Positions 12,760 to 25,689 of a DNA stretch of 64,000 bases are shown piece by piece. The notes under the pieces were generated by a model that saw nothing but the letters and a program-made list of their open reading frames with translations, searched no databases and had not been told where the DNA came from. This DNA is from Lama guanicoe (taxonomy: Eukaryota), in NCBI GenBank assembly GCA_013239625.1, contig MU053184.1, positions 16,220 to 80,219 on the forward strand. The letters are read 5' to 3'. The translations under genes were made by a program, and so were the position numbers. The stretch's first letter is position 1. Each line of letters starts with the position of its first letter.

Positions 12760-12990
12760 ACTGGCATCACTGCTCTAGAACATGCAAAACGCATCCCCGG
12801 GGAAAGAAATCACAGCGGGGGTGCCTCTGGAGAGGAGGAGGCTGACGGAAAAGTGGCACGAGGGGACCGTCTGGGCTGATGGAACCTTCTCCATCCTAAC
12901 TGGGGCATTGTTACGTGAATGTATAGATTTGCCCCAATTCACTGAACTGTATGCTTAAAAAGAGTATCTTGCGGTGACTTAATACTACTT
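12760..12990 (+). mobile_element. Old L1 (L1ME/MC-like) 3'UTR fragment
   Basis: 'ctgggctgatggaaccttctccatcct...aattcactgaactgtatgcttaaaa'. Confidence 0.55.
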
Positions 12991-14129
12991 GGACAATGTA
13001 GATAGAGGCTTACAGGCAGTTGTAACCCCAGATGCCTGCTGGATATGCCACTCTCTTAGGAGGGCGTGGCTTCATGGGTTTACACTCTGCTAAGAAATAG
13101 TCACAGAGTCGATCCATTCTTGCTCAGGGGTTGTTCAAGCCATGAGCCAAATACCCAAATACTGCCCCGCGCTCGGGAGAAGCAGCCTTGCTTTCTGAGT
13201 AATGTATTCACCCTGCAGCCCACACCATGCCTGTCTTGGCAAGGAAGTGCCTGGCAGGACTAGCACAAAGTCAAATGCTAGAGGACAGACGGTGATAACA
13301 TGCGGGCGCCCCGGGGGGCTGGGGTGAGGGGGCCACCTCCTTCGTATGAGATGGTACTTCCCAAGGAACTTTTTCTTTCCTTTTCTTTTCTCTTTTTTTC
13401 TTTCTTTTTTTTTTTTTGGTAACAAAGACCTCTTCACACTGGCGAATTATGAATATGCAGAAAGGATGGTATGAGACCAGTCCGTGTCTCTGAACTGAGG
13501 TCAGTTTAATTCCTAGGGCTCTAGTCACTGGTACTTTTCCTGCATTTTCAGCAGCACCTGAAATAGATTTCACTTCATATGAAATGCAAAACACTGCAGC
13601 GTAGAAAGCTCACCCTGGTCTGTGATCCAGGCGAGTGTTCTCAAGCCTGCTGTTCATTTTTTTTCTCCCTTTTCTTCAAAATACTGCCTTGCTAAGCCCA
13701 CAGATGGGGATCATAGGATAAGTAGATGCATAATATATTACCCAAAATAGTCCATCAGGCATCTTCTCTTACAGGTCAGGAGGACTTGCAAATGGAGTCT
13801 TCTAGGTCACCGCATTTCCATCCGAGAGAAATTCTCTCTCATAATTAAGATTATCTCAGCATTTCCATTACAGAACCCGGTGGTAAAATCCACTCTGAAG
13901 TGGAGCTTGGTTTTTAAAGCTCTTGGTCTTGGGAGAAAACTCTCTCTCTCTGACAATGGTCAGATAGCACTTCTCCCCTTAGAAACTGGAGAAAGAAAAA
14001 TGCACAGTAAGTCAGGAGCAGTGGGGTTGGCTGGCTGTTGGTCACGGGGTTGGGTGAAGGAGGTCCCCCTAGGCACGATGGTCATTGGGACGGTGGGACG
14101 TGCAGTGGGAGAAGTCTGAGTCCAAGCAA

Positions 14130-14335
14130 GTGCTCCCCAGAGCACTTGCAGCAGTGTCCTCTGCTGTCCCCCTCTAGCAAAATCACCAGGGCAGTACCAG
14201 GTCTAAGTAAGTGCAGATCCTTGCCCTCCTATGACACAGCCAACCTGCCCCACCCAGTCAGAATCTCCAGGACGGGGCCTGGGAATCTGAGGAATCTGCC
14301 TCTTGTACCTAGAGGTACCCAGATGATTCCTTTTC
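14130..14335. mobile_element. MER5-type MITE fragment
   Basis: 'aaaatcaccagggcag...tcagaatctccaggacggggcctgggaatctg...cccagatgattcct'. Confidence 0.55.
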
Positions 14336-14344
14336 CAGGAAAGC

Positions 14345-14740
14345 TGACACCCCCTAATCTAGGTTTTGCTATTTTGTTGCTGGTGACCTTGACGAAATAG
14401 CTTCACCTCATGGTGCCTTGTATCCTTATTTGTAAATAATGGTTAATATTTACCAAGGATTTAGTATGTGGCAAGTGTGTTTTAAGAGTCTCATGACTGA
14501 GCTCCTCTAATTTTTACAGCAGCCCTACAAGGTTGGCATTATAACTAGTTCCATATTTAGGATAAGGAGTAGGAGACACAGAGAGGGTAAGTAAGTTGCC
14601 CCAGTAACACAGCTTGCTGAGTGGCAGAGCTGGGCTTTGAGCCCCAGCCTGGGTCTGCCACGTTGTGCTGCCCTTGGAGGATGATTATAACTCTCACTGT
14701 CCTGGATTGTGAGGGGCACATGAGGTACAGAATGTCAAAC
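14345..14740. mobile_element. MIR cluster (+ strand pieces flanking a - strand MIR at ~14445-14665)
   Basis: MIR core on both strands: 'gtgaccttgacgaaatagcttcacctc' and 'gacacagagagggtaagtaagttgccccag'. Confidence 0.7.
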
Positions 14741-15319
14741 TGCCCTGTGGCCTGTGTGATTATGTTTAGGGTATTTTGACCTCACATTCTTGCAACCCTG
14801 GGTCCCTGCCTTCTCCCAGTTCTCGATTTAGGATTGTCCTGGCTCTTCCCAGTCTCCCATCATCCTCCCTCTCTCTTGCTGGTCCTCCTTGAATCTTTGA
14901 TTTGTGAACAGCTAATCTCACCAGCTAATTTACACTCAACTGTTAATAAATGATGATAGCCTAATGCATTAGCTTTTCTCAGATAACACACTTGCATTTT
15001 AGCTGTAGCTTGAACTCAGATTTCCCTAATCTGCCGACACTAGGGATCCCCCTCCCTATCTTTCTCTTTACCAGCACCCCCGTTCTATGAGGTGTTTTGG
15101 CAAGAAGCAAGTTGTAGGACTTGGTTCCACATGCACATGCATCTTTCCACTTTATAAAACAAAAGAGAATTTGTGGGTATTATTTCTCTCTGTTTTTTGA
15201 GATCTTGCAAATGTCACAAGAAATCCTCCTCCTTGCTATCTGAATGGGTCACCTCATGTCTGGAGACCCCTTGTAGGAACCCTTGTCTCTCCCCAAGGGC
15301 CATGGAGCTTGGCGGCATG

Positions 15320-15321
<2 letters not shown>

Positions 15322-15359
<38 letters not shown>
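15322..15359. repeat. (GT)19 microsatellite
   Basis: Direct read. Confidence 0.98.
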
Positions 15360-15364
<5 letters not shown>

Positions 15365-15365
<1 letters not shown>

Positions 15366-16500
15366 AGGTCATCACTGACTTCTCTTTTTCCTTTATCCCC
15401 CCAAATTCAGTAAACCATCAGGTCTTATTAATTTTACTTCCAAAACATTTCTCAAATATGTCACATCTCCTCTGTACCAATAACCATTCTTTCCCCTTCT
15501 CCCCATTCAGGCTCACTCCAGCAGCCTCCTGACAGAGTCCTTGCCTCTGGGCTTGTCCCCTCAAACCCGTCCTCCACACAGTTGTCACTCTCTCCCCACT
15601 GAACACCGATCATGCACCAGGCACAGGTACTAGGGATGCAATGGTGAAAAAGACGAAGACCCTCTCTTTACACATCAGCGGGATCCACATCAATAATGAA
15701 TCACACTGGTCCTCTCTGGCTTACAACCTTCTAACTTGCTTCAACCCTTAACCCAGTTACCCTTTGCACGTTTTTGGTCATGAATCCCTTTAAAAATCTG
15801 ATGAAAGCTGAATCCATGCAGAAAACTGTACTGACAGCTTCAGGGGGACAGGATGGTGGACCTTTCTGAAGACCAGGCTCCCAGAATCCTTGACCTGCAC
15901 AATCAAGTTTAAGCCTTTTTGAACAAAACACATGGCCCTCCATGGCCTGATCTGTGACCCCCCCCATCCTGGCAATACCTGTACTCATGTCTTTGGTGTC
16001 ACAACAGCATGGACCTTCCTAGAGTTCCTCACAGACATCATCCATTCATCTGGTGACCATTTACAGAGAACCTTTTCCCTTAGATTGTGAGTCACCAACA
16101 GTGCAGTGATGAAAAAGAATGTGCTGTGGACTTTACATTCTGACTCTGTGCCTTTCTCTTGCTTAGGCTGTACCGTCTTGTGGTGCCCCTCTGGTCCTTC
16201 CCTGTGACCTTTCAAATTCAACTTGGGCATCTTTCTTCCTGGAAGACTCTCCTATCTGTAACCTCCCTCTTCAGATTGGATTCCTTTTCTAGGTTCACGT
16301 AGCTGCAAGTATCTGTTTCCCTGCCGTTAATACATTAGATGGTAATTTTTGTGTGTATGTGGCTGTTTCTTATACTAAGTTAGGAGCTTTTGAAGGACAG
16401 GAAGTGTTTTGTTCTTGATGACTTTATCCTTGGTGCCTGGTTCAATTTGGTACTTAGGAGATATGGGCGGAATAACCAAATGCATGAATGAGCGAATAGA
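15365..16500 (+). mobile_element. L2 fragments, interrupted by a small hAT MITE relic (~15755-15895)
   Basis: L2-type pyrimidine-rich 3' sequence ending 'aaccaaatgcatgaatgagcgaat'. MITE text 'tcatgaatccctttaaaaatctgatgaaagct'. Confidence 0.6.
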
Positions 16501-16949
16501 AGCATGCAAAACACAAGAAAGGCTGCGTCAAGCTGCACCAAAGGAGACCCCTGAATGCTGGCTTGGGCATTGTGTTCTTTACTGAGTAGCTCATGGGAGA
16601 GCCGTTGGAAGTGGTGGGCAGAGGATGAGAGGGTAAAAGCTAGTCTTTGTGAAGGCAAATCTGGCAGTGGTTTCCAGGTGGGTGGAGGGGAATAGGCTTC
16701 TGCCAAAGGCGGGATCTAAGCACCAAAGAGGCAACCTGGTGAAGGGGAGGAGGCCTGGTGGCGAGGCTGGGCTGGGGGCTCAGGCACGAGCTGGGCCACC
16801 CTACAGCTGTGTGATGTTTACTCCGTCCCTCCCTCTCCCAGCCCTGGCTTCTTCACCTGTTAATGTAGGAGGTTTAATCGGATGTGCCCTGGGCTCCTGC
16901 TTTATGTTGCTGGGTCTCTCCTGCTCGATGACGCCTCTCTGCTGCACAC

Positions 16950-17660
16950 CCAAGCCTGCAGCGTCTCTAGGCGTCCGGGATTTCCAGGGCGCTTGCTAGA
17001 AGCGGCCCCCGGAGGCCACCGTAGCCCCCTCGGGCCGCGCTTAATTTGGCCGCCTGGAGAGAGGACGCAAACCCGGAAGGCCTCGGAGGGCAGTGCAGGG
17101 TTGACAGGGACCTGAGATGTCGCCAGGGCTTTGACTGCTGGATAAGTGGGCCCCGAGCGACGGCTGGCTACCTTCCCCAGCCCCTGTGTCCCGAGTCAGC
17201 TCGGCTCTGGCGCCCTCGCCGTCTCCCCTCGCCGAGAGGGGCGGCTGCTGCCTGCGAGCCTCCCGCCGGCGCCCGCCCCTTGGCGGAGCCGCCCCGGGGC
17301 CGCCCCGTGCAGGTGAGCGCGGCCGCCGGCTGCCCCCTCGCGCCTCGCGCAGGCCGGGGCTCGCGGCTGCTGCTGGGAACGCACCCCGGGTCCCCCTGAG
17401 CACCCCGACCCTGCGCCCTGGGGCGGGGGCTGTCATCTCAGGGCTTCGCAACGACCCCGGCAGGTGGCGGCTCTGCCTCCCTTGAGAAATGAGGGAATCC
17501 CGCCCAAGGAGGCTCAGGAACTTCCCCGGGACCCAGAGTCAGGATTCACACCCGGGCTCTTGACCCTGGAGCCTGTCTGGAGTCTGACCGCACAGGTGTG
17601 GGGCATCGGCCCTGCCACGCCGCAGGGCGCCCACTCGGGGACCTTTTACTACGGCGGCAA
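16950..17660 (+). promoter_or_regulatory. CpG-island promoter of an unidentified + strand gene
   Basis: By far the densest CpG/GC block in the window. ETS motif CCGGAAG at 17073-17079, GC boxes at 17238-17244, 17272-17279 and ~17420-17428, no TATA box, strong donor within the island. Confidence 0.85.
17150..17312 (+). other. Putative non-coding first exon (5' boundary unknown)
   Basis: Ends at consensus donor CAG|GTGAGC (intron starts 17313). No ATG in 17150-17312; the nearest upstream ATG (17117) gives only MSPGL*. Confidence 0.65.
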
Positions 17661-17679
17661 AATCCAGGAAACTTGGAAC

Positions 17680-18190
17680 CCAAGATGTGGGTTGGAGTCG
17701 TGGCTCTGCCATTTGCTGGGTGGCACTGGGAAGTGACTCCACCTGTGAGCTTCAGGCGCGTCATTTATCAAATGGAGGTGATTCAACTTACTGTACAAAC
17801 CTGTGAGGAAGAATTAGGGTAGCACCTGTGGGCCCCAGGCCTCCCTGGAAGTGGCAGGACCACTGCGGGGCGGGGCGGGGAAGAGGGGAGGGGCATCTCC
17901 AGGGCATTCTTTCGCCCTGCCCCTGTGGGGCACCTCTGCTGTTTCCTGAAGGAGGATGGAAAGGCCTCAGGGTCTGGGGTGGGGGTGGGAGCCACGTGCT
18001 GGAGACAGTGGCTGGAGATTGAAGCCCAGTGCCAGCACTTGCTGGCTGTCATGTCAGAGTTTGTGCAGTTAACTCAACCTCTCTCAGTCCCAGTCTCTGC
18101 ACCTGTGACTCTTGGTGTACCCCACAGGTTGTTACACAGAATTAAGAAAGAAGGGAGGCTGAAGGGTGAATAAAAATGCCCAGGCCATAC
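17680..18190 (+). mobile_element. Two MIR fragments (~17680-17830, ~18010-18190)
   Basis: 'ggctctgccatttgctgggtggcactgggaagtgactccacctgtgagcttcag' and 'cagttaactcaacctctctcagtcccagtctctgcacctgt'. Confidence 0.6.
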
Positions 18191-19579
18191 AGTTTTTAAA
18201 AAATCATGTTGCTGGTTTATCATGGAAAGAATTTTTTTTTCTGATTTATGAATTTATGGATGTGAAAAGTCTTACAAAGGGACAGAGTCAAACAGTATTT
18301 TGGTATAATTTAATGAATAATCTTTGTTTCAAAGACTCACAGCGATTTGGAATTGTGCAAAAAAAAAAATCTAAGCTGTTTGATCACTGTTGATAAGGAC
18401 TCTTCATTCTTTTTTCCTAATGTCAGTTGCAAGAGGACATTGGTAGAGATCATGACAAAAGCAGCCAGGAAAATCAGAACCTTCTCTGTCCCTTATAACT
18501 ATTTTGAACACGTCCATGGAAAATATTTTTACCTGTTGACTCTTATTCCCCAACAAGGACAAACACTCTTCTGCCCATGAATACCTTTTTTTTTTCTTTC
18601 CCATTTTCAGTATTAATTCTCTCCATGATGCCCTTTTGTAGAAACCAAAGTGAGGATTTGCTTGATTATGAATAATGACACAGTACATGGTCCTGGACTA
18701 ACACAGGGCACCAATTCAGGCCTGATGTTTGCCTATTATTTATTGTGCTATCAGTGCAGCTTCTCCATTGGATCCTGGTCTTAAATCAAAGATCCCATCA
18801 CAGAACCTAATGTGAGAGAAAACCAGATGCACCAGGAGCCTCCTTTATTTATCCTCCCTGGCTTGTCAAGCAGGCAGAAAACGGAGACTCGGCATTAAAA
18901 GGTATGTGCTGAATAACTCTGTCTGGCTGCTAATGGTACTGTGATGTGGTGAAACACCAGCCTTTGTGATGCTACCCCGAGCAGATCTGTATTCTGGAGG
19001 AGTCAGACCCAAACTCCTTTGTCTAATAAGACATTTGGCATTTAGAACATACAGCCAGAGCATTCTCAAGGCATTTTAAATTTCATTTGAGTTTTATGGG
19101 AAATGCCAAAGGGTCAAGGAATTAAGAGAGTTGTTTGAGCTTGGAGGTTGACTCAGTGGGTTTAAATCCAGGGTGGGTGCTGCTTGAAATACCTGGGTTT
19201 GGTACAGGACAGTCTCCTGATGAGCTGCAGCTGGCTCAGGTGGGTGTTATTCAACACACATACCTACTGAGTGCGCTGGGCTGCATTCTACAGATGGATC
19301 CAGAGGTCAAAACCCCTTGGCTCTTCCGCTAAAGGACCTATACTCTCAAGAGAGATGGGCAAAAAAAAAAAAAAAAAATGATGGCAGTATCTAGGTGAGG
19401 CTTCTGCAAGGTTCCCTGTGAGGGTAACTGGAAGGCCGGTTGGATTTTGGCTTTGGGGCGTCACTTATGGAGGAGGGTTTCTGAACTCTCCCGTCTGACC
19501 TCTGCCTCCCAGAAAGTGGTGGTGACCCCAAGTTTTCAGAAGGGTGATTTTCACTGGTCCTCTTTGTTCATCTCCTCAG

Positions 19580-19634
19580 GGTATTTAACTAAAGGGCAAG
19601 GAAGGGCATTTCAGTGAAAGAAAAGTGGTATCAG
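19580..19634 (+). other. Candidate small internal 5'UTR exon (55 nt)
   Basis: Pyrimidine tract plus acceptor 'tctttgttcatctcctcAG|G', donor 'CAG|GTGAGA', purine-rich body. Splice signals only. Confidence 0.35.
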
Positions 19635-19772
19635 GTGAGATCCTGAATGGAGTCTCATGATATGAAGATGGTATGTCCCTTTGACCCTCCTGCTCCCCAC
19701 CCCGAGGCAGGCAGCCTGGTCCAGTAGAAAATTCTGTACTCTCTGCTGGCAGCCACTTGCCAGGCCTGGAAC

Positions 19773-19875
19773 CAGTGGGATGCTGGTAAACTGGCTCTTG
19801 AACTGGCTTGAAAAAAATGTTTGAAAATTTCGTAAGCTCTGGTGAGCCACAGGGACTGGCTTCAGTACGCTGCTG
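19773..19875. mobile_element. MER63-like hAT-Blackjack MITE relic
   Basis: Termini 'cagtgggatgctggtaaa' ... 'ggcttcagtacgctgctg'. Confidence 0.5.
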
Positions 19876-20079
19876 CACGAAACTCTGTTTAGTCTTCATT
19901 TCCCCAGAGGTAATACTTTCTGCCCTGGTATCTCTAGGGCTGTGGTGAATACGGGCGTGAGGTGGTCCATGCCATGGAATATGAAGTTGCCTTGCTCACA
20001 GGAAGGTCTTAATAAATGTTGGCTCCCTTTACTCCTCTTTTGCCTGCCTTGAGAATAGCAAAGTGAGACATGCATTGTC

Positions 20080-20400
20080 ACTCACTTACTCATTCATTTA
20101 TTCAACATTTGTTGAACAGCTACTATGTGTCGGCTCCCTCTGTTTAAAATAAGACAAGAGCCTTGACTAAGTGCATCCTCCAGACCAGGCAGGAGACAGA
20201 GTCATGGGTCAGAGTCACGGTCGGGAGTTGGGAGATGAGTGCCATGAACCAGCTGTGTAGAGGTCGCAAGGGGAGCAAAGAGGGGGCCAAAGAGGAATAG
20301 GGGATGGGGGGATTAAGGGGGGAATCTCGAAGGAGGGGATGTTTATTGTGTTCAGAAGCATGCGGCAGATGAGGAAGGGAGAAAGTCACTCCAAGCCAGT
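20080..20400 (-). mobile_element. L2 3' end
   Basis: 'cattcatttattcaacatttgttgaacagctactatgtgtc'. Confidence 0.7.
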
Positions 20401-20404
20401 GAAG

Positions 20405-20605
20405 ATAAGTGGCTTTTTTTTATTATTGCTCCTCTAGGGAGCCTTTTCAGACATGTTTATCCTGTTCATTCTGACATTCCTTCATGAAATTTAAAAACAG
20501 GCTGCATATCTGTTTATGATTATTTGCGCTTCATACATAAAAAGAGTAAGATTTTTTTCTGCTCCCCAGAACCAAAGGGGCAATGTTGCCCCTTGTTGAA
20601 ACTCT
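20405..20605. mobile_element. hAT-type DNA transposon relic (family uncertain)
   Basis: 'atacataaaaagagtaagatttttttc...ggggcaatgttgccccttgttga' resembles a recalled MER MITE consensus. Confidence 0.45.
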
Positions 20606-22409
20606 TCTTGCTAACCATTGAGCATAATAAACTGTTAATCATTATTTTCAAAATGAACAAATACATAGATGTCACCACTAGTAGAAAGAACTACTGCAAG
20701 AAGTGGGTCAGAAAAATAGAATAGCGTAGGTGAACGAGGCAGTCGGGGGCTTTGTTCCCACTTATGAGTAAGGACGCTGAGGCTCAGAGAGGAGTCAGAG
20801 ATGGGGCTGGAGGGCAGGAAATTGGGTCCAGCTGTTAGGTCCTCAAATGCCAGCCTGAGATGTCCAATTCTAGGTGACCCACAAGTTTCTGAGCTCCCCA
20901 GCTCGCAGGAGGAGAAGTTACCTGTGGCTCTCAGGACTCCTCATTGCTGCCCCTTAGCAATGAGCCCAGAGGGGGTCTGTGGGTGCCAAGGCGGAGATGT
21001 GCAGCCACTGGCTAACTTACTATGCTCTAGAGTTTTACTGAAAGAGCTACAATTACCAGGCTCCCTGCTTTTGGCACTTGAGAATCCATCTCAATTTCCC
21101 CTTTCTTTCCAAAGCGACAGTGATTAAGGATTCATTCTGCATATAAAACAGGTGATCAATGGCTCCTGGCAGTTGCCATTGTCTGTCCCCCTTCCCCCCC
21201 CAGGCCCCCCCATCAGTAGACAATGTATCTTGGGGAGCTGCCGGGGCCTGAGAAAAATGAGTTTGCCAGACACAGTTCTATTTTGATTTAGATCACAAAC
21301 AGCTCAGCTCAGTTTTTACATTGATAACAAGGAGATGGGCTCCGTTTCCTGAGTTCTGCAGTCTGAGAGCAAGTCCATCTCTGTTGAGAGAGAAAGGAAG
21401 GGCGATCTTTTTGTGTTAGTTGTTACAGGCTATACCCAGATTTTTGTGGTCAAACAGATATACGAGGGACTCAATCTGACTGACCTGGACCCTTTGCTGG
21501 AAGCTGAGGGATTGGTGGGGTTACCAAGCCTGCAGCCCTAGTTCTTCTAGGCCCCCCAAACCAGTCCTGACTGGGGGTCATTGGTGGGCGTCTGTCTTAG
21601 AGAGATGGTGAAGGCAAGGGGGAGGCCGGGCTGGGAGGAGGGACTGTCAGCCATAGACGGCGATGCCCAGGTGAGGGGTGGCGGGGGCAGGAAATCCAGG
21701 AAGAGCCAGAGGGGGGACAGGGAGGCCTTTGGCTAAGGCTGTCCTTGTGTGTGCCCCGAGGGATGTCCGCCAGGAGGAAGGAAGGACTCTTGAGAAGAGG
21801 TTCAGCCTCCACACTCTGTACCCTCCCCCAAACGCTCTCCTTGCCTCCAACCCCTTGCTCCTCAAGGGCAATAAATACTGAATTTGCACCCGAGGAGCCG
21901 AGTTCAGGAGCAGAAGCCAGTCACAGGAACAGAGAGTGATGGGTGAGGAAGTGTCAACAGAAACAAAAGCTGAGGGCTCTGGGAAAGCGTCACCGAGGAG
22001 GCGTCTGGGCAGACTACGAGGGGACAAGTCGGAGGTTTCTAGCCAGGCGGTGGGGGAAGGGCATCCAGTCAGAGGACACGGTCTGGCCGAGGACACCGTC
22101 CTTGGGAGCCCCCGGCAGTGGGTGTGAGGGGAGGAGGGGCGGAGGTGGGGACAAAGGCTGGACCGTGTGTCTAGGGACTGTAGCACCAGGGGTTTTTCTG
22201 AGACAAGAAGTGAATTCAGATAAAATAGTGTTCACATGTAATTTCAACCCTAAAAATAACCCTGAAAATAAATTTGGGAGGGAAAAGTCAAAACGTTAGC
22301 ACCGCTTAACTTTGGTGGTCGTGAGTGACTTCTTTGTCCTTTGTGAAGTTTTTTGTACATTCCAGCTGTCTGCATGTGCTGCTTAGCTTTTTTACTTTTT
22401 GGCCTATTT

Positions 22410-23985
22410 ACTTTTAAATAGCTTTATGAGATATAACTCACATGCCATATAACTAGCCCATTTAAAAGGTACAAATCAATTTTTTTGGTATATTCAGAGT
22501 TGGGCAGTCATCACCACAATCAGTTTTAGAACATTTGCCCCAGAAAGAGTCCCTGTATCTATTAGCAGTCATTCCCCATTTCCTCCATCCACCCCTACTC
22601 CTACTTTGTATCTCTAAATTTGTCTGTTCTGGACATTTCATGAAAATGGAGTCATGTGATATGTGTTCTTTTGTGACTGGCCTTTCTTTCTTGGAATTGT
22701 GTTTTCAGGGCTCATCATGTAGCATGTATTCGTACGTCATTCCTTTTTTGTGGCTGAATAATACTCCATTGGATGGTTATACCATATTTTGTCTGTCTTT
22801 CATTAATTGATAGACGTTTGGTTGTTTCTGCATTCTGGCTGTTATAAGTAATGCTTCTACGAACACCATGCAAGTTTTTGTATGAACATGTCCTCAGTTT
22901 TCTTGGGTAAGTGGAATTGCTGGATGGTGTGTCATGTAACCTTGTGTTTAACTTTTTGAGAACCTACCAGGCTGTTTCTCACAGCAGCTCTACCATTTTA
23001 CATTCCCACCAGCAGTGTGAGGGTTCTGGTTTTCCCCATCTTCTTTAACACTTGTCACTATGTGTCTGTTTTTTAGTCTAGCCATCCTATTGGGTATGAA
23101 GTGGTGTCTCATTGTGGTTTCAATTTGCATTTCCCTAATGACTAATGATATTGAGTTCCTTTTCACATGTTTATTGGCCATTTGTATACCTTCTTTGGAA
23201 AATGTCTATTCAGATAGTTTGCCTATTTTTAAATTGGGTTATTTTTCTTTCTATTATTGTATTTTAAGAGTTCTTTATATACTCTGGGAACTTCACCCTT
23301 ATCAGGTGGATGATTTGCAAATATTTTCTCACATTCTGTAGGTTGTTTTTTTAACTTTCTTGACAGTGTCCTTTAAAGTACAAAAGTTTTTTATTTTTAC
23401 GAGAAGTCCAGTTTATCTATTTGTGTTTTCTGTTGGTCGCTTGTTCTCTAGGTACTAAGAAACTTTGGCCTAATCCAGGGTCACAGACTTACCCTTATGC
23501 TTTCTTCTGAGAGTTTTATAGTTTCAGCTCTTACATTTAGATCTTTGATTTGTTTTGAGTCAGTTTTTTATATGGTGGAAGATAAGGTTCCAACTTCATT
23601 CTTCTGCATGTTGGCCCATCACCATTTGTTGAAAAGTCTGTTCTTTTTTCCCACTGAGTTATCTTGACACCCTTGTCAAAAACCAGTTGCCATTAAAGAT
23701 ACGGATTTATTTCTGGATTCCTAATTCTGTCGCATTGATCTGTGTATCTGGCCTGAGGCCAGCACTTCATGCCACACGGTTTAGATTACTGTAGCTTTCT
23801 AATAAGTTTTGAAGTCATGAAGTGTCAGTCCTCCAGACTTTATTCAGTTTAAGAATTATTTTGGCTCTTCCGGGTCCCTTGAATTATTATATGAATTTTA
23901 GGATCAACTTGTCAATTTCACCAAACAAACCTACTGGGATTTGAACAGGATTGTGTTGAATTTGTAGATCAATTTTGGGGTTTTA
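22410..23985 (-). mobile_element. L1MB-like element, ORF2 3' part plus 3'UTR
   Basis: ORF 22990-23181(-) '[28 protein letters not shown]' is the L1 ORF2 C-terminus; continuous antisense L1 text. Confidence 0.9.
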
Positions 23986-24009
23986 CTTTTAAAGACTGAA
24001 AGTGAGGCC

Positions 24010-24222
24010 ATATGGTGTAGAAGAAAGAATGGATGGGGGCTTCAAAGTCAGGTGGACATCACTTCGTCACCGCCTAGCACTGATTTAGTTTGTGATCTTG
24101 GGCAATTAAGTATTCTTTGAGCCTCAGATTCCTCATTTGTAAAACATACCTAAGGGACACTTACTTTGAAGGTGTTTTAACGGTTAGGCAAGCAAGGTAT
24201 AAGGACAGAGCCTGGCACATAA
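24010..24222 (+). mobile_element. MIR
   Basis: 'tgtgatcttgggcaattaag...gagcctcagattcctcatttgtaaaa'. Confidence 0.75.
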
Positions 24223-24663
24223 CTGCAGTGTCCCATCGATTTCCTGGGGCTGTTGGAACTCACCCAACTAACAGGAGGGTAAGTATCAGATTATAAAAAA
24301 AAAAAATAAAGACTGGAAAGGACTTCAGTGATTAATTTAATGCATATTGAAATGTCATTGACTGTGATCTTAATCTTTTCTTTGCCCCTGGAATACTTTT
24401 CTCCCTATACCTTTGACAAAATTCTGGTCCACCCTGATGGCCTAGTTGGAAGTAATCTTCTCTTCTGAACACACCCAGCACTTTCTCTTCTCTGACAGCA
24501 TCTAATTCTGTTTGCCTATTTTCTTCAGATTTGGGTATGAGCCTTGACTCTACTTTTAAACTGTAAGCCTTTAAAGGCAGTATTTGGCTGTGCCCTCTTT
24601 AACATAACAGTGTGACAGGGCTGGATAAAGTATGGCCCCATTCACATTCAGACAGTGTGGGTC

Positions 24664-24668
24664 TGTGT

Positions 24669-24716
<48 letters not shown>
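24664..24716. repeat. (TG)n microsatellite with one interruption
   Basis: Direct read. Confidence 0.97.
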
Positions 24717-24717
<1 letters not shown>

Positions 24718-25689
24718 CATTTCCCTGCACTGCTCTCTCTGCCCTCCCCAGGGGCACACATACCCACCTTGTGCTCAGCAAGGCTCTGCTAACAGTGAAA
24801 TGTTTAAGGATACAGGGGAGTTGACTCTGGAAGACCATTGAAGGGCTACCCAGGTTTCTCCTGCCCTCAGGGGTGGGTGCTCCCTCCATCACACACCCCC
24901 AGCACAGCCAGGAGGTACCAGCATCTTCTCCAGCAGGGAGGAATTTTATCATTGCTTTTAATTTTGCCAATTTGATAGATGAAAAATAGTATCACGTCTT
25001 AATTTGTCTTTCATTACCGCTAAGGTTGAAGTTTTTTTCAATATGTTTATTAGCCATTCGCGTTTCTTTTTTGATTACCTTTTCCACCTGAAGTGTTTTA
25101 CCATTCAGATTTGGACTGATAAGGAATAGACTGGTGATTAGCAGGAGATGCAGTTCAACAACTTGTTGGAGGCCAATCAGTCAAAAGTTTGGAGTTGGCT
25201 CATTGTGGGGTGTGTGTGGAGTTGTGTGTGGGGTGTGGGGGTTTTGTGTTTGCAGATGGGGACACAGCCTGAGAGAGCTGGTGACTCTCCGCTGATGTCA
25301 TTCTGTGGCACTGTAAATCATGATAAAATGTTTCTGCCATGTGGTCCCTATTCAGTGCAGGTTTTAGCATCATAGCCTTCTGTGTAGAGCTCCAACTGAG
25401 ATCTGTTTCTCTTAATTCTTTTATTTAAGCCTCCTTGCTGACTTCAGATGTTGGTGACTGTCAAAACGTCTCTTATGTGTGTACAGGCTTCTGATCACTT
25501 CCCTTAGAAAAACAGAATTAAACATGACACGCCCCTGTTGGGGTGAAAAATTGCTTTTTTGTATCTGTTGCCAGTTGCTGGTTAATTACCTGTTTGGTGA
25601 AGGGTACAAGTGGGGTGGGCTGGAGACAGAAGAGGAGAGGGGAACCCATGTGCTCACTCACTGCATGGAGAGTTCCTGATGCCTGCTGT

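Noticed and set aside
13368..13418. Polypyrimidine tract as acceptor or retrocopy tail
   Set aside because: No downstream AG-defined exon, element body or TSD; low-complexity sequence.
17041..17485. Overlapping ORFs on both strands in the CpG island
   Set aside because: Explained by stop-codon depletion in GC-rich DNA; the + ORFs run through the splice donor and lack real ATG starts.
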